64,000 nucleotides of DNA from Mobula hypostoma (GCF_963921235.1 NC_086118.1:13580001-13644000); one strand, 5' to 3'. Counted from the stretch's first letter, positions 23,611-38,798 are shown. Program-made: numbers and translations. The notes: generated by a model from the sequence alone, not told the origin.

Positions 23611-25159
23611 GTGATGCTGGTGAGCTGGCTGCAAATACTCAGGTTGAACTGAAGCCATGACCTACACATATGTGCTTGTACGGAACTGAAGTCATTCACT
23701 GTAAATAAATATGTGTTAGTTTTACCCACGCTATTTGTCTTTATTAAGACTAAACATAACACTTACGACTCAACAGTTACCATACGAGTTAATTTGTGTG
23801 TTTCAAAGGAAGTATGAAAATAATTTTGCCATCACAATGTGAAATTGTTTTTAAATTTGCATTTTATAACCAGAAGTTACTTATATCGGAGTAAAGGTCA
23901 ATGTTTATGACCAAAACCCGTTAACAACATTGATGTTATCTTGAAACTCCAGCATCTAGAACAAGGTTTAAAACTTTCTTTTCCAGGAATGATAAAATAT
24001 TGTTGAAGATTCTTGCCTGGTTCAATTATAGTGCAAATGCAATTACGGTAGCACAAGAAGTGGAATTGGAATGCTATGCAACAGAAAGTGTATGATCAAT
24101 GTAAGCACAGTCTGATCAGTAAATCTCAACTAGTTCTCTCTGATACAAGATCTCTAAAGCTGACATTGACACTTCTAAATATTGCCTGAGTGTTATGGAT
24201 ACTGGGCAGGATTGATTGATAACATTTGCTTTGTATCTTCAAAATAAAAGCAAATAAACTGACAGATAAATTGAAAGGGATGCCTGAGCAATGATGGTTA
24301 GAGTCAAGAAATGTCATTTGGGATGACCGTTTGATCTTGTTGCTGATCACCAACTATTAATCACAACCTTGATTCCTAAACCATCAATTTTAACAATGGA
24401 AGCTTCAGGATACAAGGGTGAGTGGTTCTGTTTAGATGGGATGATAATATGTTTGAATGTAGCTTTTCAAAGTGGAATGTGACTGCTGATGTTCTGTTTT
24501 GATTACCAGTGCAAAGACATCTGCTATTGGCAGTGGAAGACACTGCAACCTCTGGACAGATTTCTCTGCTTAGAGAAGGCTTTTCAAATGATTCACTAAG
24601 TCCCAAGGTGAAACAAACCTATGAATACATTTTGAGATGATCAAGCAGACTGCAAAGGTGCCCACGTGATGATTTACTACCATCCTATTACAAGGTGTTC
24701 AAATCATCAACACAGCATTTAATAGGGGATATTTGAAGAATTATCTTTAGAATGTTCAGGAAAAAAAATTAACTGAGCTACATGGAGAAAATAATGAGAT
24801 CTTCATCATGAAAGCTGGTATCAGGGCTTTTTATATAGACTGCAATCTGCTGGTAATCAAGGTATGGAAGATATGGAAGAAACTGTGGCAGTGTCAGATT
24901 CTGCTAGCAGTACCACTAAACTATGGAAATTGCCCATTTATCCCTTTCAGTGAGTCCATATTGACATTTTTTGAAAACAAGGGAATTTTTTTGTTCTTGA
25001 AATGCACTTAAAATGGATTGAAGCCAGACAGTTAGGTATTTCATGACAGCAAAATCCACCACTGAAATGCAGAAGTGGAGATTTGTTATGGTATCCTGAA
25101 ATGGACTTCAATTCCCTCTGTATTTACTGAAGAGTTTTATGTGATATAATGGTATCAGA

Positions 25160-25923
25160 CCAGCTAGTGATGGCTCCCTGGACAAGGAAATCAATGCAAC
25201 ATTTGCAAAGCCAGGCATAGTCCTGGCCACCTGCATACATATGTTGAACCTGCACAACATTCATCTATCCACAAAGCTCAAGGTGTACAATGCCGTCATC
25301 AATAGCAACGTCCTTTATGTCTGTAAAATATGGACCGTTCACTGAAAACATCTCAGACAGCTAGAGCACAACCACATTTGTAGCCTGTGGTCAATCCGAG
25401 GCATCTGCTGGCAGAACTGAGTCACAAACCTGGAAGTCTTCAACAAAGCAAAGATAATGAGCATCAAGACCATGATCCTAGAAGCTCAGCTTTGATGGAC
25501 AAGGCATGTCATACACATGGAGGATTCCAGCCTTACCAAACTTCTACTATATGGCATGCCATCTCTGGGTAAGAGGAACAAAGATAAGCCTTGCAAGAGT
25601 TTCAAAGATTGTATGAAAGCTAGCATATGCTGGACTTGCTCCAAAACAGTTGGAACGGTGCACACAAGACTGGACTGGATGGTGTGCCTTGGTAAGATTT
25701 GCCCGTGACATCTTTCAGGAGAGGCATCACGCAGACCTGTTGGCCGCCCAAGAGCAGAGGAATGCTTGGGCAGAGATTAGTTCAGCTGCCTCTGGACAGT
25801 TCCCCTGCCCTCACTACAAGTACGCTTGACACTTAAGGCTTGGACTCCACAGTCACCTTTGGGTCCATAACAGGTGAACTACACAAGAACAACCATTATC
25901 ATTGGACACGACAGACAACCACC
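25160..25923 (+). mobile_element. RTE-clade (BovB-like) LINE, 5'-truncated
   Basis: Perfect 12-bp TSD AATGGTATCAGA (25148-25159 / 25924-25935); SDGSLDKEIN, STKLKVYNAV, C-terminal FPCPH..GLHSH; ACC-type tail. Confidence 0.85.
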
Positions 25924-25959
25924 AATGGTATCAGATATCCATTGCTTCCTCTATGTTAT

Positions 25960-28900
25960 TGTAGAGAAATGTAGTTGGGAGAAATGTACATAATTCAAAA
26001 CCTCCAACATTGAGTTGGTGTTTCGCTTTAAGAGGCTGGTCCGACATGATGATGTTATTACGTGAAGTTTTTAGCCTGCTTTTGTGATTAGGTTTTGGCG
26101 TTCAATAAAACGTGTTACAGGTTTCATTAAGCATAAAATGCCACACTTCATTTTCTTTTCAAAAACCTACGCTAGTGATCCTGATGCTCTAGGACAATTC
26201 CCCAGTTATTGAACATGTCAGTCAATGCAGTCGCTTTGAAACTGCTGGAGTTTTGGGAGCAAAATGCAGTCACTTGATTCGTACAAGCTGAGGCTCTATT
26301 CATGCTTCAAGAAATCTCTGCTGATGACACCAAATTCTACTACGAGATAGTGTCACTCGGCAATTCCATGGCTGCAACAGCGGTGAGTCTATCTGAACAC
26401 CCGCCTGAACACGATAAATAGCAATTGCTGAAAATTCTTCTTTTACTGACTTTTGGACAATCAGAGTAGGAGCACTCCAAACAGCTGCTCTCCAGACATG
26501 GTCTCGGTGATGCTAGACCTTCAGAGCTAATGGAACATGTGTTGTCTCTCCTGGGAAATCACCATCCTTGTTTTACTTTTAAAGAACTCTTCATGCAGCA
26601 AATGCCTGAAGCCTTCACTAATGCACCCATGAAGGACTATAGTGAGCTTGCTAAAGTGGCTGATAGTCCACACTCAGCTAGACAGTGGTGGATCACTCCT
26701 CCTCCTTTCTCTACTTCAATAAGCCTGGTTAGCAGGGCCCCCAAAATAAGGACACCCATGGCTGTGAAACAGATGAGAAAGGAAAGAGTGACAAATCCAT
26801 ACTGGAAGTCACAAATGGCAGCAAGATCCAGACTTATGGGACTACACGTGTGATGCTCTGCTTCAGGGGGTGATTTGTCCTGTTTGAAATGCCTAGACCT
26901 CAGCTCAGCGCAGATTTCCTATGTGCCCAAGGACTGTTAGTTGATCTTAAGAAATGCCATGTGGATGTCAAGGACTTTGGGCCATTACCTTCCTCCCCCA
27001 GTAAGTTCACCACAACAAAATTTTCAAGCGCATGCTTGTAAGCATGTAAGCTTACTGGACTGCTGGGCAAATTCCCAGGCCTCACCAAGCCCATATTCTC
27101 CACTCCCATCACAAAACATGGGGTCGAGCAGTACATTTCTACTATTGGCCTGCCGGTCCATGCCTGGATCCGTAAACTGGACCCAGAAAAGCTGGCAACC
27201 ATGATGGAAATATTTGCCATTGTACACTGATCGAATAGTCCCTGGGCTTCACCTCTCCATATGGTTTCTAAGTTCGACGGTGGTTGCCACCCATGTGGTG
27301 ATTACTGACAATTCTACAAGGCCACCACCCCTGATTGCTTCCCAGTCCCAAACATCCAAGACTTTTTGCCAGGTTTAGCCGGAAAGTTAATTTTTTCCAA
27401 GGTTGATCTAGTGAGGGGCTACCAGCAGGTGCCTGTGTGCTCAGAGGACATTCCCAAAACAGCTGTGATAACCCTGTTTGGCTTATTTGAGTTCCTGCAC
27501 ATGCCATTTGGACTGCCGCACAGACTTTCCAACGGCTGATGAACTCTTATGAAAAAGGACTTAGATTTTCTTTCCGTTTAATAACATACATGATGCCAGT
27601 GCATCCAAATCCAAATACGTGTCTCATCTCTGCCTACTTTTCAAGTGCTTAAGCCAATGCAGGTTGATTATTAACCCTGCTAAATGCCAGTACGAGTCGT
27701 CAACCACTGGCTTTCGCAGCCATCGCATCCCCGCAGAAGGTGTGAAGCCCACCCTATCAAAAGTAGCTGCGATTATGGATTTCCCACCACCCCATACTAC
27801 ATAAAACTACAAGCGTTTTTAGGTATGGTGAATTTCCATCACCGCTTCATTCCACAAGCTGCTGAGCTTATGTCCCCCCTGTATAATGCAATTAAAGGCA
27901 ATAGCCCTAATCAAGTGTATGAATGGTTAGTGGATATGAACTGGGCACTTGATGGTACCAAACGGGCTTTCTAATGCAGCTCTACGGGCACACGTGCTCC
28001 CAAACGTGCCCATAATCATCATTACTGACACCTAAAACTATGCTATGATGGCTGTGCACGAACAGCCAGCTGGAGGCACGTGGCAGCCACTCACCTTCTT
28101 CAGCCAGCAGCCCTGCCCCCGCTGAAAGGAAGTACAGTATGATGGACCATTAGCTTCTCAGTCTCTATCTGGCTGTCTGCCATTTTAATTTTCTTCTAGA
28201 AGGTCACCATTTTACAGCATTTGTTGACTACAAACCCCTCATGTACACGATGGCCAGTATATCAGTCCCTTGGTCTGCGTGATAGCAACGCCACCTGGTC
28301 TACGTATCCGAGCTCACAACTGATGTGCAACATATCAAGGCCAAAAATAATACTGTGGCTGATTGCCCCCCACGGCCAGCCATCAAGGCCGTACACCTAG
28401 AGGTTGACTAGAGCATGGCAGTCAACAAAGTTACTCACACAGTGGTCAGTTCCGAACAGCAATCTAGGACATGCAGTTGGCTGACATTAAGTTCGGGGAA
28501 GCCAGGGTTTCTCTCTTGTGCAATGTCTCAACTGGTCTGCCTCTCCCTATCATGCTCACAAACTGGAAACAGACTGTTTTCAACTCCTTACGTGGTCTAT
28601 CACATCTGGGCTGGAAGGCCTCACCGAAAATGGTAGAAGCATAGAAACATAAAAAACCTACAGCACAATACAGGCCCTTCGGCCCACAAAGTTGTGCCGA
28701 ACAAGTCCCTACCTTAGAAATTACTATGCACCTATCCAAAACACTCTTAAAAGACCCTATCATATCTGCCTCCACCACTGTTACCGGCTGCCCATTCCAC
28801 GCACTCACCACTCTCTGTGTAAAAAACTTACCCTTGACATCTCCTCTCTACCTACTCCCCAGTGCATTAAACCTGTGTCCTTTTGTGGCAACCATTTCAG

Positions 28901-31900
28901 CCCTGGGAAAAAGCCTCTGACTAACCACATGATCAATGCCTCTCATCATCTTATATACCTCTATCAGGTCACATCTCATCCTCCGTCGCTCCAAGGAGAA
29001 AAGGCCGAGTTCACTCAACCTGTTTTCACAAGACTTGCTCCCCAATCCAGGCAACATCCTTGGAAATCTCCTCTGCACCCTTTCTATGGCTTCCACATCC
29101 TTCCTGTAATGAGGTGTGCAGAAAGGAGCACAGTACTCCAAATGGGGTCTAACCAGGGTCCTATATATTTGCAACATTACCTCTCGGCTCCTAAATTCAA
29201 TTCCACGATTAATATAGGCCAATACACCATATGCCTTCTTAACCACAGAGTCAACCTGCTCAGATGCTTTGAGTGTCCCATGGACTCAGACCCCAAGATC
29301 CCTCTGATCCTCCACACTGCCAAGAGTCTTACCATTAATACTATATTCTGCCATCATATTTGACCTGCCAAAATGAACCACTTCACCTTTATCTGGGTTG
29401 AACTCCATCTGCCACTTCTCAGCCCAGTTTTGCATCCTATCAATGTCCCACTGTAACCTCTGACAGCCCTCCACACAACCCACAACACACCCAACCTTTG
29501 CATCATCAGCAAACTTACTAACCCATCCCTCCACTTCCTCATCCAGGTCATTTATAAAAATCATGAAGAGTAACAGTCCCAGAACAGATCCCTGAGGCAC
29601 ACCATTGGTCACCAACCTCCATGCAGAATATGACCTGCCTACAACCTCTCTTTGCTTTCTGTGGGCAAGCCAGTTCTGGATCTACAAAGCAATGTCCCCT
29701 TGGATCCCATGCCTCCTTACTTTCTCAACAAGCCTTGCATGGGGTAACTTATCAAATGCCTTGCTGAAATCCATATACACTACACCTACTGCTCATCAAT
29801 GTGTTTAGTCACATCCTCAAAAAATTCAATCAGGCTCATAAGGCACGACATGTCCTTCACAAAGCCATGCTGACTATTCCTAATCATATTATACCTCTCC
29901 AAATGTTCATAACTCCTGCCTCTCAGGATCTTCTCCATCAAATTACCAACCACTGAAGTAAGACTCACTGGTGTATAATTTCCTGGGCTATCTCTACTCC
30001 CTTTCTTGAATAAGGGAACAACATCCACAACCCTCCAATCCTCTAGAACCTCTCCCATCCCCATTGATGATGCAAAGATCATCACCAGAGGCTCAGCAAT
30101 ACCCTCCCTGGCCTCCCTCAGTAGTCTGGGGTACATCTCATCCGGTCCCGGCGACTTATTCAACTTGATGCTTTCCATAATCTCCAGCACATCCTCTTTC
30201 TTAATATCTACATGCTCAAGCTTTTCAGTCTGCTGCAAATCATCACTACAATCACCAAGATCCTTTTCCATAGTGAATACTGAATTAAAGTATTCATTAA
30301 TTACCTCTGCTGTTTCCTCCGGTTCCATACACACTTTTCCACTGTCACACTTGATAGGTCCTATTCTTTCACGTCTTATCCTCTTGCTCTTCACATACTT
30401 GTAGAATGCCTTGGGGTTTTCCTTAATCCTGCCCGCCAAGGCCTTCTCATCACCCCTTCTGGCTCTCCTAATTTCCTTCTTAAGTTCCTTCCTGTTAGCC
30501 TTATAATCTTCTAGATCTCTAGCTTTACCTAGTTCTCTGAACCTTTTGTAAGCTTTTCTTTTCTCCTTGGCTAGATTTATTGCAGCCTTTGTACACCATG
30601 GTTCCTGTACCATACCATAACTTCCCTGTCTCATTGGAATGTACCTCTGCAGAACTCCACATGAATATCCCCTGAACATTTGCCACATTTCTTCCATACT
30701 TTTCCCTGAGAACATCTGTTCCCAATTTAAGCTTCCAATTTCCTGCCTGATAGCCTCATAATTCTCCTTACTCCAATTAAACGCTTTTCAAACCTGTCTG
30801 TTCTTATCTCTCTCTAATGCTATTGTAAAAGAGATAGAATTGTGATCATTATCTCCAAAATGCTCTCCCACTGAGAGACCTGACACTTGACCAGATTCAT
30901 TTACCAATACCAAATCAAGTACAGTCTCTCCTCTTGTAGGCTAATCTACATATTGTGTCAAGAAACCTTCCTGAACACACCTAACAAACTCCACCCCATC
31001 TAAACCCCTTGCTCTAGGGAGATGTCAATCAATATTTGGGAAATTAAAATCTCCCATCACAACAGCTCTGTTATTATTACACCTTTCTGGGATCTGTTTC
31101 CCTATCTGCTCCTCGATATCCCTGTTACTATTGGGCGACCTATTGAAAACACCCAGTAAAGTTAGCGATCCCTTCCTCTTCTTAACCTCCACCCACAGAG
31201 ACTCCGAAGACAATACCTCCATGAAGTCCACCTTTTCTACAGTCGTGACACTATCTCTGATAAGCAGTGCCACACCCCCACCTCTTTTGCCTCCCTCCCT
31301 GTCCTTCCTGAAACTCCTAAAAGCAGCCACTTGAAGTAACCATTCCTGTCCCTGAGCCATCCAAGTCTTTGTAATGGCCACCACGTCATAGCTCCAAGTA
31401 CTGATCCATGCTCTAAGCTCATCCACTTTGTTCACAATACTCCATGCATTTGAATAGACACATCTCAAACCATCGGTCTGAGTACATCCCTTCTCTATCA
31501 TCTGCCTTTCCTCCCTCACACACTGTCTCCAAGCTTTCTCTTTTTGTAAGCCAACCACCTCTTCCCCAGTCTCTTCAGTTTGGTTCCCACCCTGCAACAA
31601 CTCTAGTTTAAACTCTCCCCAGTAGCCTTAGCAAACTTCCCTGCCAGGATATTGGTCCCCCTGGGATTCAAGTGCAACCCGTCCTTTTTGTACAGGTTAC
31701 ACCTGCTACAAAAGAGTTCCCAATGATCTAGATATCTGAATCCCTGCCCCCTGCTCCAATCCCCCAGCCAACCATTTATCCTCCACCTCATTCTATTCCT
31801 ATACTCACTGTCACACTGTCGCGTGGCACAGGCAGTAATCCCGAGATTATTACCTTTGCAGTCCTGCTTCTCAACTTCCTTCCTAACTCCCTGTAGTCTT

Positions 31901-33338
31901 TTTTTTGGATGCGATCTGAAACATCCCGGACCTTGGCACCTGGGAGGCAAACTACCATCCGAGTTTCTTTCCTGTGTCCACAGAATTGCCTGTCTGAGCC
32001 CCTAAATATAGAGTCTCCTATCACTGCTGCCATCCTCTTCCTTTCCCTACCCTTCTGAGCCACAGGGCCTTTGGGTGCACTGAAGTTTGTTTGGCATGGC
32101 TACAGCAAGGACTGCAGTCTGTGGAGTGGCAGTGGGAAAAATAAACTGTCAAGGTCAGGTGCCATTGGCATCTTTTGAGGTCCCCGAGAAATGGTTTGAC
32201 CATGTCAAAGTCAACCTTGTTGGTCCTCTTCCTCCCCAACCCCCCCCCCCCACCGGCCACCATGGTTTCACCCCCCTTAATGGTGCACCATACCACCCGG
32301 TGTCAGAGGTCATCCCTCCAGCATCGACAACAGCCACATTCACGGCTCAGGCATTCTTCAACACTAGGGTTGCTCGGCTTGGCACCCATCTGATACTTCC
32401 TCTGACTGCAGTCCCCAATTCATGGCCCAGAACCTTGGCGTTAGGCTACATCATACCGTAGCGTATCATCGGCTGTCCAATGGCCTTGTGAGCAGTTTTG
32501 CTGCTCCTTAAGGGCTGCTCATAGGGTTCCATGACCAATGAGTGTTGGCAACATGGTCTCCCACAGATCGTTCCGGGGCTTAGAACTGCTTCAAAAGAGT
32601 ATCTGCAGTTTTCCATGGCAGAGTTAGTAAACAGGCAGCCATTACAAGTGTCAGGTAATTTATTCCACAGCCGCATCTGGCTGGCCTCTTAACAACGTTC
32701 CACCCTCCTCAATAAATTCAGTACCTTTTCACCTCATCCTACCTCCCATTATGGTGTACAGCACTCTTGGGTTCCTGTTGACCTACATTCCACATCATTT
32801 GTTTTCGTTCACAGTGATGCACAACAACATCCCCTTAGGCCCCCTTACGATGGTCCATTCCACCTTTTGGAACAGGGAGAAAAGACTTTTATCATTGATA
32901 AGTGGAGTAAAACGGAATGTATTTTGGTAGATCACCTTAAATCGGCCCTCTAAAATTTAGAGTATTCCACTGCCGTGCCCCTGGAGTCACAAATTGTCTA
33001 TGAGCATGTCAATGTACCTCTGGACAAGCCAGGGGCACCTGTTATTCCTCCATGCATAGAACACAGGACCAGAGCTGGGCGGCTTGTCCGAGCTCCAGAC
33101 AGGCTTGCAATGTTGGTTTTAGTGAATTCTGGGGGCTCTGTGTAGAGTAACATAATTGGGAGAAATGTACATAATTCACAATGACCGACATTGAGTTGGG
33201 GTTTTGCTTTAAGAGGCTGGTCTGACGTGATGACATTGATATTTTTAGCATGCTTTTGTGTTGGAACTCAATAAAATGTGTTATGGGTTTCACTGAGCAT
33301 AAAATGCTTCACTTTGTTTTATTTACAAAAGGCCTAAA
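25960..33338 (+). mobile_element. Decayed Gypsy LTR retrotransposon, CsRn1/Kabuki-like, with short LTRs (25960-26171, 33141-33338) and a CR1 inserted in the integrase
   Basis: Paired ~200-bp LTRs; degenerate tRNA-Trp-like PBS at about 26173; gag NAVALKLLEFW..FVQAEA; FLGMVNFHHRFIP; FDHVKVNLVGPLP; G-rich PPT before 33141. Confidence 0.88.
28634..32069 (-). mobile_element. CR1 LINE with SGNH-esterase ORF1 remnant and frameshifted ORF2
   Basis: AVIGDSIFRG...CLPGAKVRDV; DGLHLNPRG; endonuclease in 31025-31600; RT PQGSVLG and FADD; CATAGAAA tail. Confidence 0.93.
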
Positions 33339-34364
33339 TGATCCTGCTTCGGGTGGGCAATTGAAAAACCTTGAAGAAGCGAGTTTTCCAAAGCTATTCT
33401 AGATGAAGGACTAGTTCTTTAAGCATAACACATTCCACAGAGCTCTTTAAGCATCTGTGTCTTTGCATTTGACTGAGCCAGGTGCAGCCTACTTTAGATG
33501 GAAGTGCAGAGAGGAAACAAATGAAGCAGAAGGTGTTGTGTCAAAGTCAAGGGAAGTAGATTGAAATGAGCGAAGGATCGAGACCAGTGGGCAAGAACAA
33601 GAATCAGAAATGAGACCTCAGTTACATATTGTAAGTCTGAATAGTTATTTTGCCGACTGTCATCAACTGATCTAGGTTAGGCAATTGACTTCCCTACTCT
33701 AAATTAATTAAAGCTTGCAATTTATTGTCTCTGCACAAATATTAATGTACTATGCTGACCCCAGGCTAACAACTTAAAACATGAAATTCTTTTGTTCTCT
33801 CTGTACCAATACTCACTTAGAGCACTTCTCCAGTTTATAACACTGAACTGGCAGATCTCCCGTTGACCAAACAAATGATCCTTCTCCCAGCCCCTGGCAT
33901 GGGGTCTTCCTTGTGATTATTAGTCCCCAAAGTTTTAACCATTTTGCATTCAAAGCCTTTCAATCTTATACTCTTTCCATATCGATTCAAGTATCGTTTT
34001 GAATCTTATTGGCTCTGATCAATCGTCAGCTTCCCATCGTCTGCTCCCATTGTCTCTGGTCAAAGCCAGCATCATTTTATTGTTGTTCTTGCATGTGACA
34101 ACTAATGTCTTATTTTTTGAATCAGAGAACATCATCCAGTTACTAGGGTCAAGTTACTCAGATCAGACACAGACTCCCCTGTTCATGAACCTGCGTGAAT
34201 CTTCATGAATCTATCTTATCAAAGAACACCTCACAAATAACTTCACATTTGGAAATTATTTGTCATTCAGGCATATTACTGTGTCCGTTTTAAAGTACTT
34301 TGAAACAGCTATACCTGAGCAAACCCAATTCACAGGTATATTTTAGTCCTCGGTGGGGGGTGGG

Positions 34365-36650
34365 GGGATGGAGGTAAAGGTCCCACAAAATCGATCTGCA
34401 AATTTGCCCACGGCCTTTCTTTGGGTGGGTGTGTCTTAAAGTGCTTTTCTAGCCAATTTATCTGGGTTATATTGGACACAAATCAAACAATTCTTACAAC
34501 AATATTTTACATCTCTTCGCATTTTTGGCCACTAACATGGATTCGTCAACTGATCCATAGCTACCTGCTTCTTGATGCCCAAAAATGTCATGGTACCAAT
34601 AAATCATCTGGTTTCTTTCAGCTTCTGGCACCACAAATATACCATTATTTAGTACAATCCTATTCTGTACCTGAATTCCTGGATATTTCCTATACTCTTC
34701 AGAATTCTCTCCTCTCTATACCTTTGCTAACTCCTGATTCTGTTGCTCTACCTTGACTAAGTCTATAGGTATAGTCTTTGCTGTTTTCTGTGTCATCACT
34801 CCCTCTATGTCTGGATCCCATTTCACAGCACACCTTGCTCCTACTTTGGTTAACACATCGGCCTTCCTGTTCCTTTCCGGCAAATACTTTCAGTGAGCCC
34901 TCACCTTTTACACTCCATCAGTGTTTCCTCTCACCTTCTCAAATATGCACTTCAACAAGGGTGCTGATGGTCAAGATTTACCATCTGCTGAGAATTAACC
35001 TCTCGTTCCCATAATGGTAAATATTCCATGAAACTATTACAAATATACAAAGGTTTGTACACATGTTAGAGTGTAGTATATCTCCTGAAGTATATCTGTT
35101 GGAAAGACTAACAACAGAAGCTACATCAGCCAGCTCTGCCACTTGTGTACTCACTGTTTCAGGTAACTTGATCACAACACTTTGATCTCTGCTCCTTCCA
35201 CATCCTATAAGCCTCTTTCCATCCTGAACCGATGACAATCCATCATTATAGAGGAAATTTCCAGTCGCATGATTTTACTGTGGGAAAAAAATAGACCTTT
35301 CTATTCTGGTACTGCCATCATCTGACACTAGTGAGATTCACCCCAATGAGTTAAATTGTCAGCAAGCATGGTTGTACTGCTAACGCTTTTAACTATGACA
35401 CTATGACACTGTAATAGCAATGGTCATTGGACTAGTCGAGTTTGACTGATTGCCCCATCCTTGATATAGCCATCCAGCAAAAGCTGAATTGCAGTATGCT
35501 CTGTTAAAATGAATAGTGCATTAAGACCCACAAAATAACTAAAATGTTTAATTGCCCAAAACACTGCTGTTGATGATGTACGCATGTTGTATATCTTTGT
35601 TCTACTGGAATAAGTATTTGAGAAGAATACGCCACTGGCTTCATTCGGCCATGTGTCTCTTGGTGAAACACAGCTGATATTATGTTACTGGTGGCAGTGA
35701 CCCCCAAAGAGAATGGCTCAGAGGCACTTGGGGTCTTAAGAGTAGGTGCTTCTGAAGGGCTAGATTTAAGATCTTATACTACCTCAGTGTGTTCTTGTTT
35801 CCATTCCAATGGAACACATTTCTTCAAGGGTTCCATAACTGGGTAAGCTTTGGTGGCAAAGCCATCTACTGTACGTGGTCTCGACAATACCCCACCAAAC
35901 TGAGAAATGACCTCAATTCCCTCACATCGGTGGGAAGAAGTAGTTTGGCCATAACATCTACATGCTGTTTATCAACATTTCATCTCTCAGAGGTTATGAC
36001 CAATCACAATTAGCTAACTTGCTGCGTCCTGATTTGAGCCTTTTTCAGATTTACGTTCAAACTCATCTTCTGTAATAATTAAAGTAGTACTTCAAGTAAC
36101 TGATAATGCTCCTCTCAGGTCTCTGTCTGGAACAGTAGGTCATCTACATATTGAATAAAACACAAGGGAGCCAAAAAGGCTTTCAGCCCCTTTGTTGACC
36201 AGTGATGGAAAAATAAGGTGAATTATGAAACCTTTATGGCAAAACTGTCCATGTATACTGTCCCTTCCAGGTGAAATTTATATTGACACTCGCTTTTCAG
36301 TGGAACAGACTGAAATCCATTACTTACTGTATCCAGTACTGTGAACCACTTTGCTACAGTATTCTGCTTAATCACAGCCATGTAACTACAGTAGAGGCAG
36401 TTAAGAGGTAACTTTATTAAGTTCCCTGTAATATATGGCAAGTCTCCAACGTCAATCCGATCTTTCAACTGGCCATATTGGTGAATGATTGGAAGATGCT
36501 ATTTCCCGCAGAACTCCCTGTGTTAACAAATTCTGATTAATTTTCTCCACATCATCCTCTGTTTGTTTTGCAAATCCATACTGCTTCTGGGCTTTTGGAT
36601 CAGGGTTTGCATCCTGCCACATTCATGGCTCTTATCTTACGAAGCAGCCA
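34365..36650 (-). pseudogene. pol: Retrovirus-type pol remnant: RT, tether, RNase H, integrase zinc finger and start of the core
   Basis: PDPKAQKQYGF..LREIASSNHSPIWPV; FIQYVDDLL (36139-36150); LRSFLSLVGYCR; QETHGRMKPVAYSS; YNDGLSSVQDGKRLIGCG; HDIFGH..CKNCLIC; PWANLQIDFVGPLPP. Confidence 0.8.
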
Positions 36651-38462
36651 CATGTGTGGCATCTTGTCGAAATCGTTCTGAAAATCCACATGCACAACAT
36701 CCACAGATTCCTGTTTGTCCATCATGTTTGTTATTTCCTCAAGTAATCCACCAGATTTGTCAGGCAAGATTTTCCCTTAAGGAAATCATGCTGACTTTGT
36801 CTTATTTTACCATCAGCTGCCCAGTCCTACGAAACCTTATCCTTAAAAATCGACTCCAGCATCTTTCCAACTTCTGAAGACAAGATAACTGGCTTATAAT
36901 TTCATTTCTTCTGCCTCCCTCCCTTCTTGAAGAGTAGAGTGATATTTGCAATTTTACAGTCTTCTAGAACCATTCCAGAATCTAGTGATTCTTGAAGGAT
37001 CATTACTTACTCCTCCACAATTTCTTCAGCTACCTCTTTCAGAACCCTGGGGGGTGTAGTCCATCTGGTCAAGGTGACTTACCTACCTTCATAATTTTCA
37101 GCTACCTAAGCACTTTCTCCCTGGTAACAGCAACTGCACTCACTTCTGCCCTTTGACACTCTTGAACCTCCACCGTACTGCTAGTGTCTTCCACAGTGAA
37201 TATCTGATGCAAAATACTTATTCAATTCAACTGCCTTTTCCTTGTTCCCCATTACTACCTCTCCAGCATCATTTTCTAGTGGTCAGATATCTACTCTCAC
37301 CTCTCTTTTACTCTTTATATATTTGAAAAGAACTTTGGGTATCCTTTGTGATATTATTGGCTAGCTGAGCTTCACATCTCTTCTTTTCCCTCCTTATGAC
37401 TTCTAAAATTGTTTTCTGTTGGTCTTTAAAAGTTTCCCAATCCTCCAATTGTTACTGTCTTTTGTTTTTATGTTGGCTTTGACTTCCCTTGTCACCCAAT
37501 CCAGAATAGATGATCCCCGTCTAGAGGGTTCAACCAGAAGCAGCTCTAAAAAGCCATTTCGTAACCATTCTACAAATTCTCTCTTGGGGTCCAGAACCAA
37601 CCTAATTTTCCCAGTCTAGCTGGGATTCCCCCCTGTCTGCCATAACATTGCCCTTTTGACATGTGTTCTCCATTGCCCATTGTAATTCTTACGACTGTTT
37701 GAGGGTCTGTATTTAACTCGCATCAAGCTCTTTTTACCCTCGCAGTTCCATAACTCTACCCACAACAATTCCACATCTTCCAATACTATCTCACTTCTTT
37801 CAAAGGAGTTGATTTCATATTTTAGCAACAAAGCCATGCCACCCCCCCTCCCAATTTTCATACATCCTTGGATGTTAAGGTCACAACTATATACCTCAGT
37901 CAGCTATGACTCACTGATAATACCTGCTAATCTCTTACTGCACTACAAGATCATCTGCCTTATTCTGTATAATGCATGCATTCAAATAAAACACATTTAG
38001 TCCTGTATTTGTCACCCTCTTCGATTTTGTCTCCATTATACTGCAACTCATCCCACCGGCTACAATTTTGTCCTAACATCTGCTCGTCCTTCCTGACAGC
38101 CTCACTACGCACAGTCTCTGCTTGTGTATCAGCTGCCCCACCCACAGCCCTATCACTCGTTATCCAAATGAACGGCCAAATTAATTGAACCCTCTCCAGC
38201 AGTTCTAGCACGCCTGCCTGCAAGGATACATCCCCATGGAGTTCAAGTGTAACCTGTCCCTTTTATACAGATCATATTCTTGTACAGAAAGATCGCAATG
38301 TTCCAGAAATCTGAAACCCTGCTCCCTGCACCAGTTCCTCAGACATGTTTTCATCTGCTCAATCTTACCCTCATTGGTGCATAGCGCAGGCATCAATCCA
38401 AAGATTACTATCCTGGTGGTCCTGCTTTTCAGCTTTCTATCTCCCTAATTTCTCTCTTCAGG

Positions 38463-38756
38463 ACATAGAAACATAGAAACATAGAAAATATGTGCAGGAG
38501 TAGGCCATTCGGCCCTTCGAGCCTGCACCGCCATTCAGTATGATCATGGCTGATCATCCAACTCAGAACCCTGTACCAGCCTTCCCTCCATACCCCCTGA
38601 TCCCTTTACCCACAAAGGCCATATCTAACTCTCTCTTAAATATAGCCAATGAACTGGCCTCAACTGTTTCCTGTGGCAGAGAATTCCACAGATTCACCAC
38701 TCTCTGTGTGAAGAAGTTTTTCCTAATCTCGGTCCTAAAAGGCTTCCCCTTTATCC
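38463..38756 (-). mobile_element. Young CR1 (HER1-like) 3' end, same family as 12642 and 58125
   Basis: Near-identical to 12642-12925; repeated ACATAGAA tail. Confidence 0.9.
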
Positions 38757-38798
38757 GAGATCTGACCTTTTCCTTTTTCCTTCCTAAGTCACTGTCGC

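Noticed and set aside
24126..24620. Two short minus-strand ORFs in unique DNA
   Set aside because: No recognisable domain or convincing splice pair; lengths expected by chance
33999..35014. Possible env ORF of the provirus
   Set aside because: The short ORFs here are antisense to the integrase or lie in the LTR; IN is cut at about 34365 and abuts the LTR, leaving no room for env
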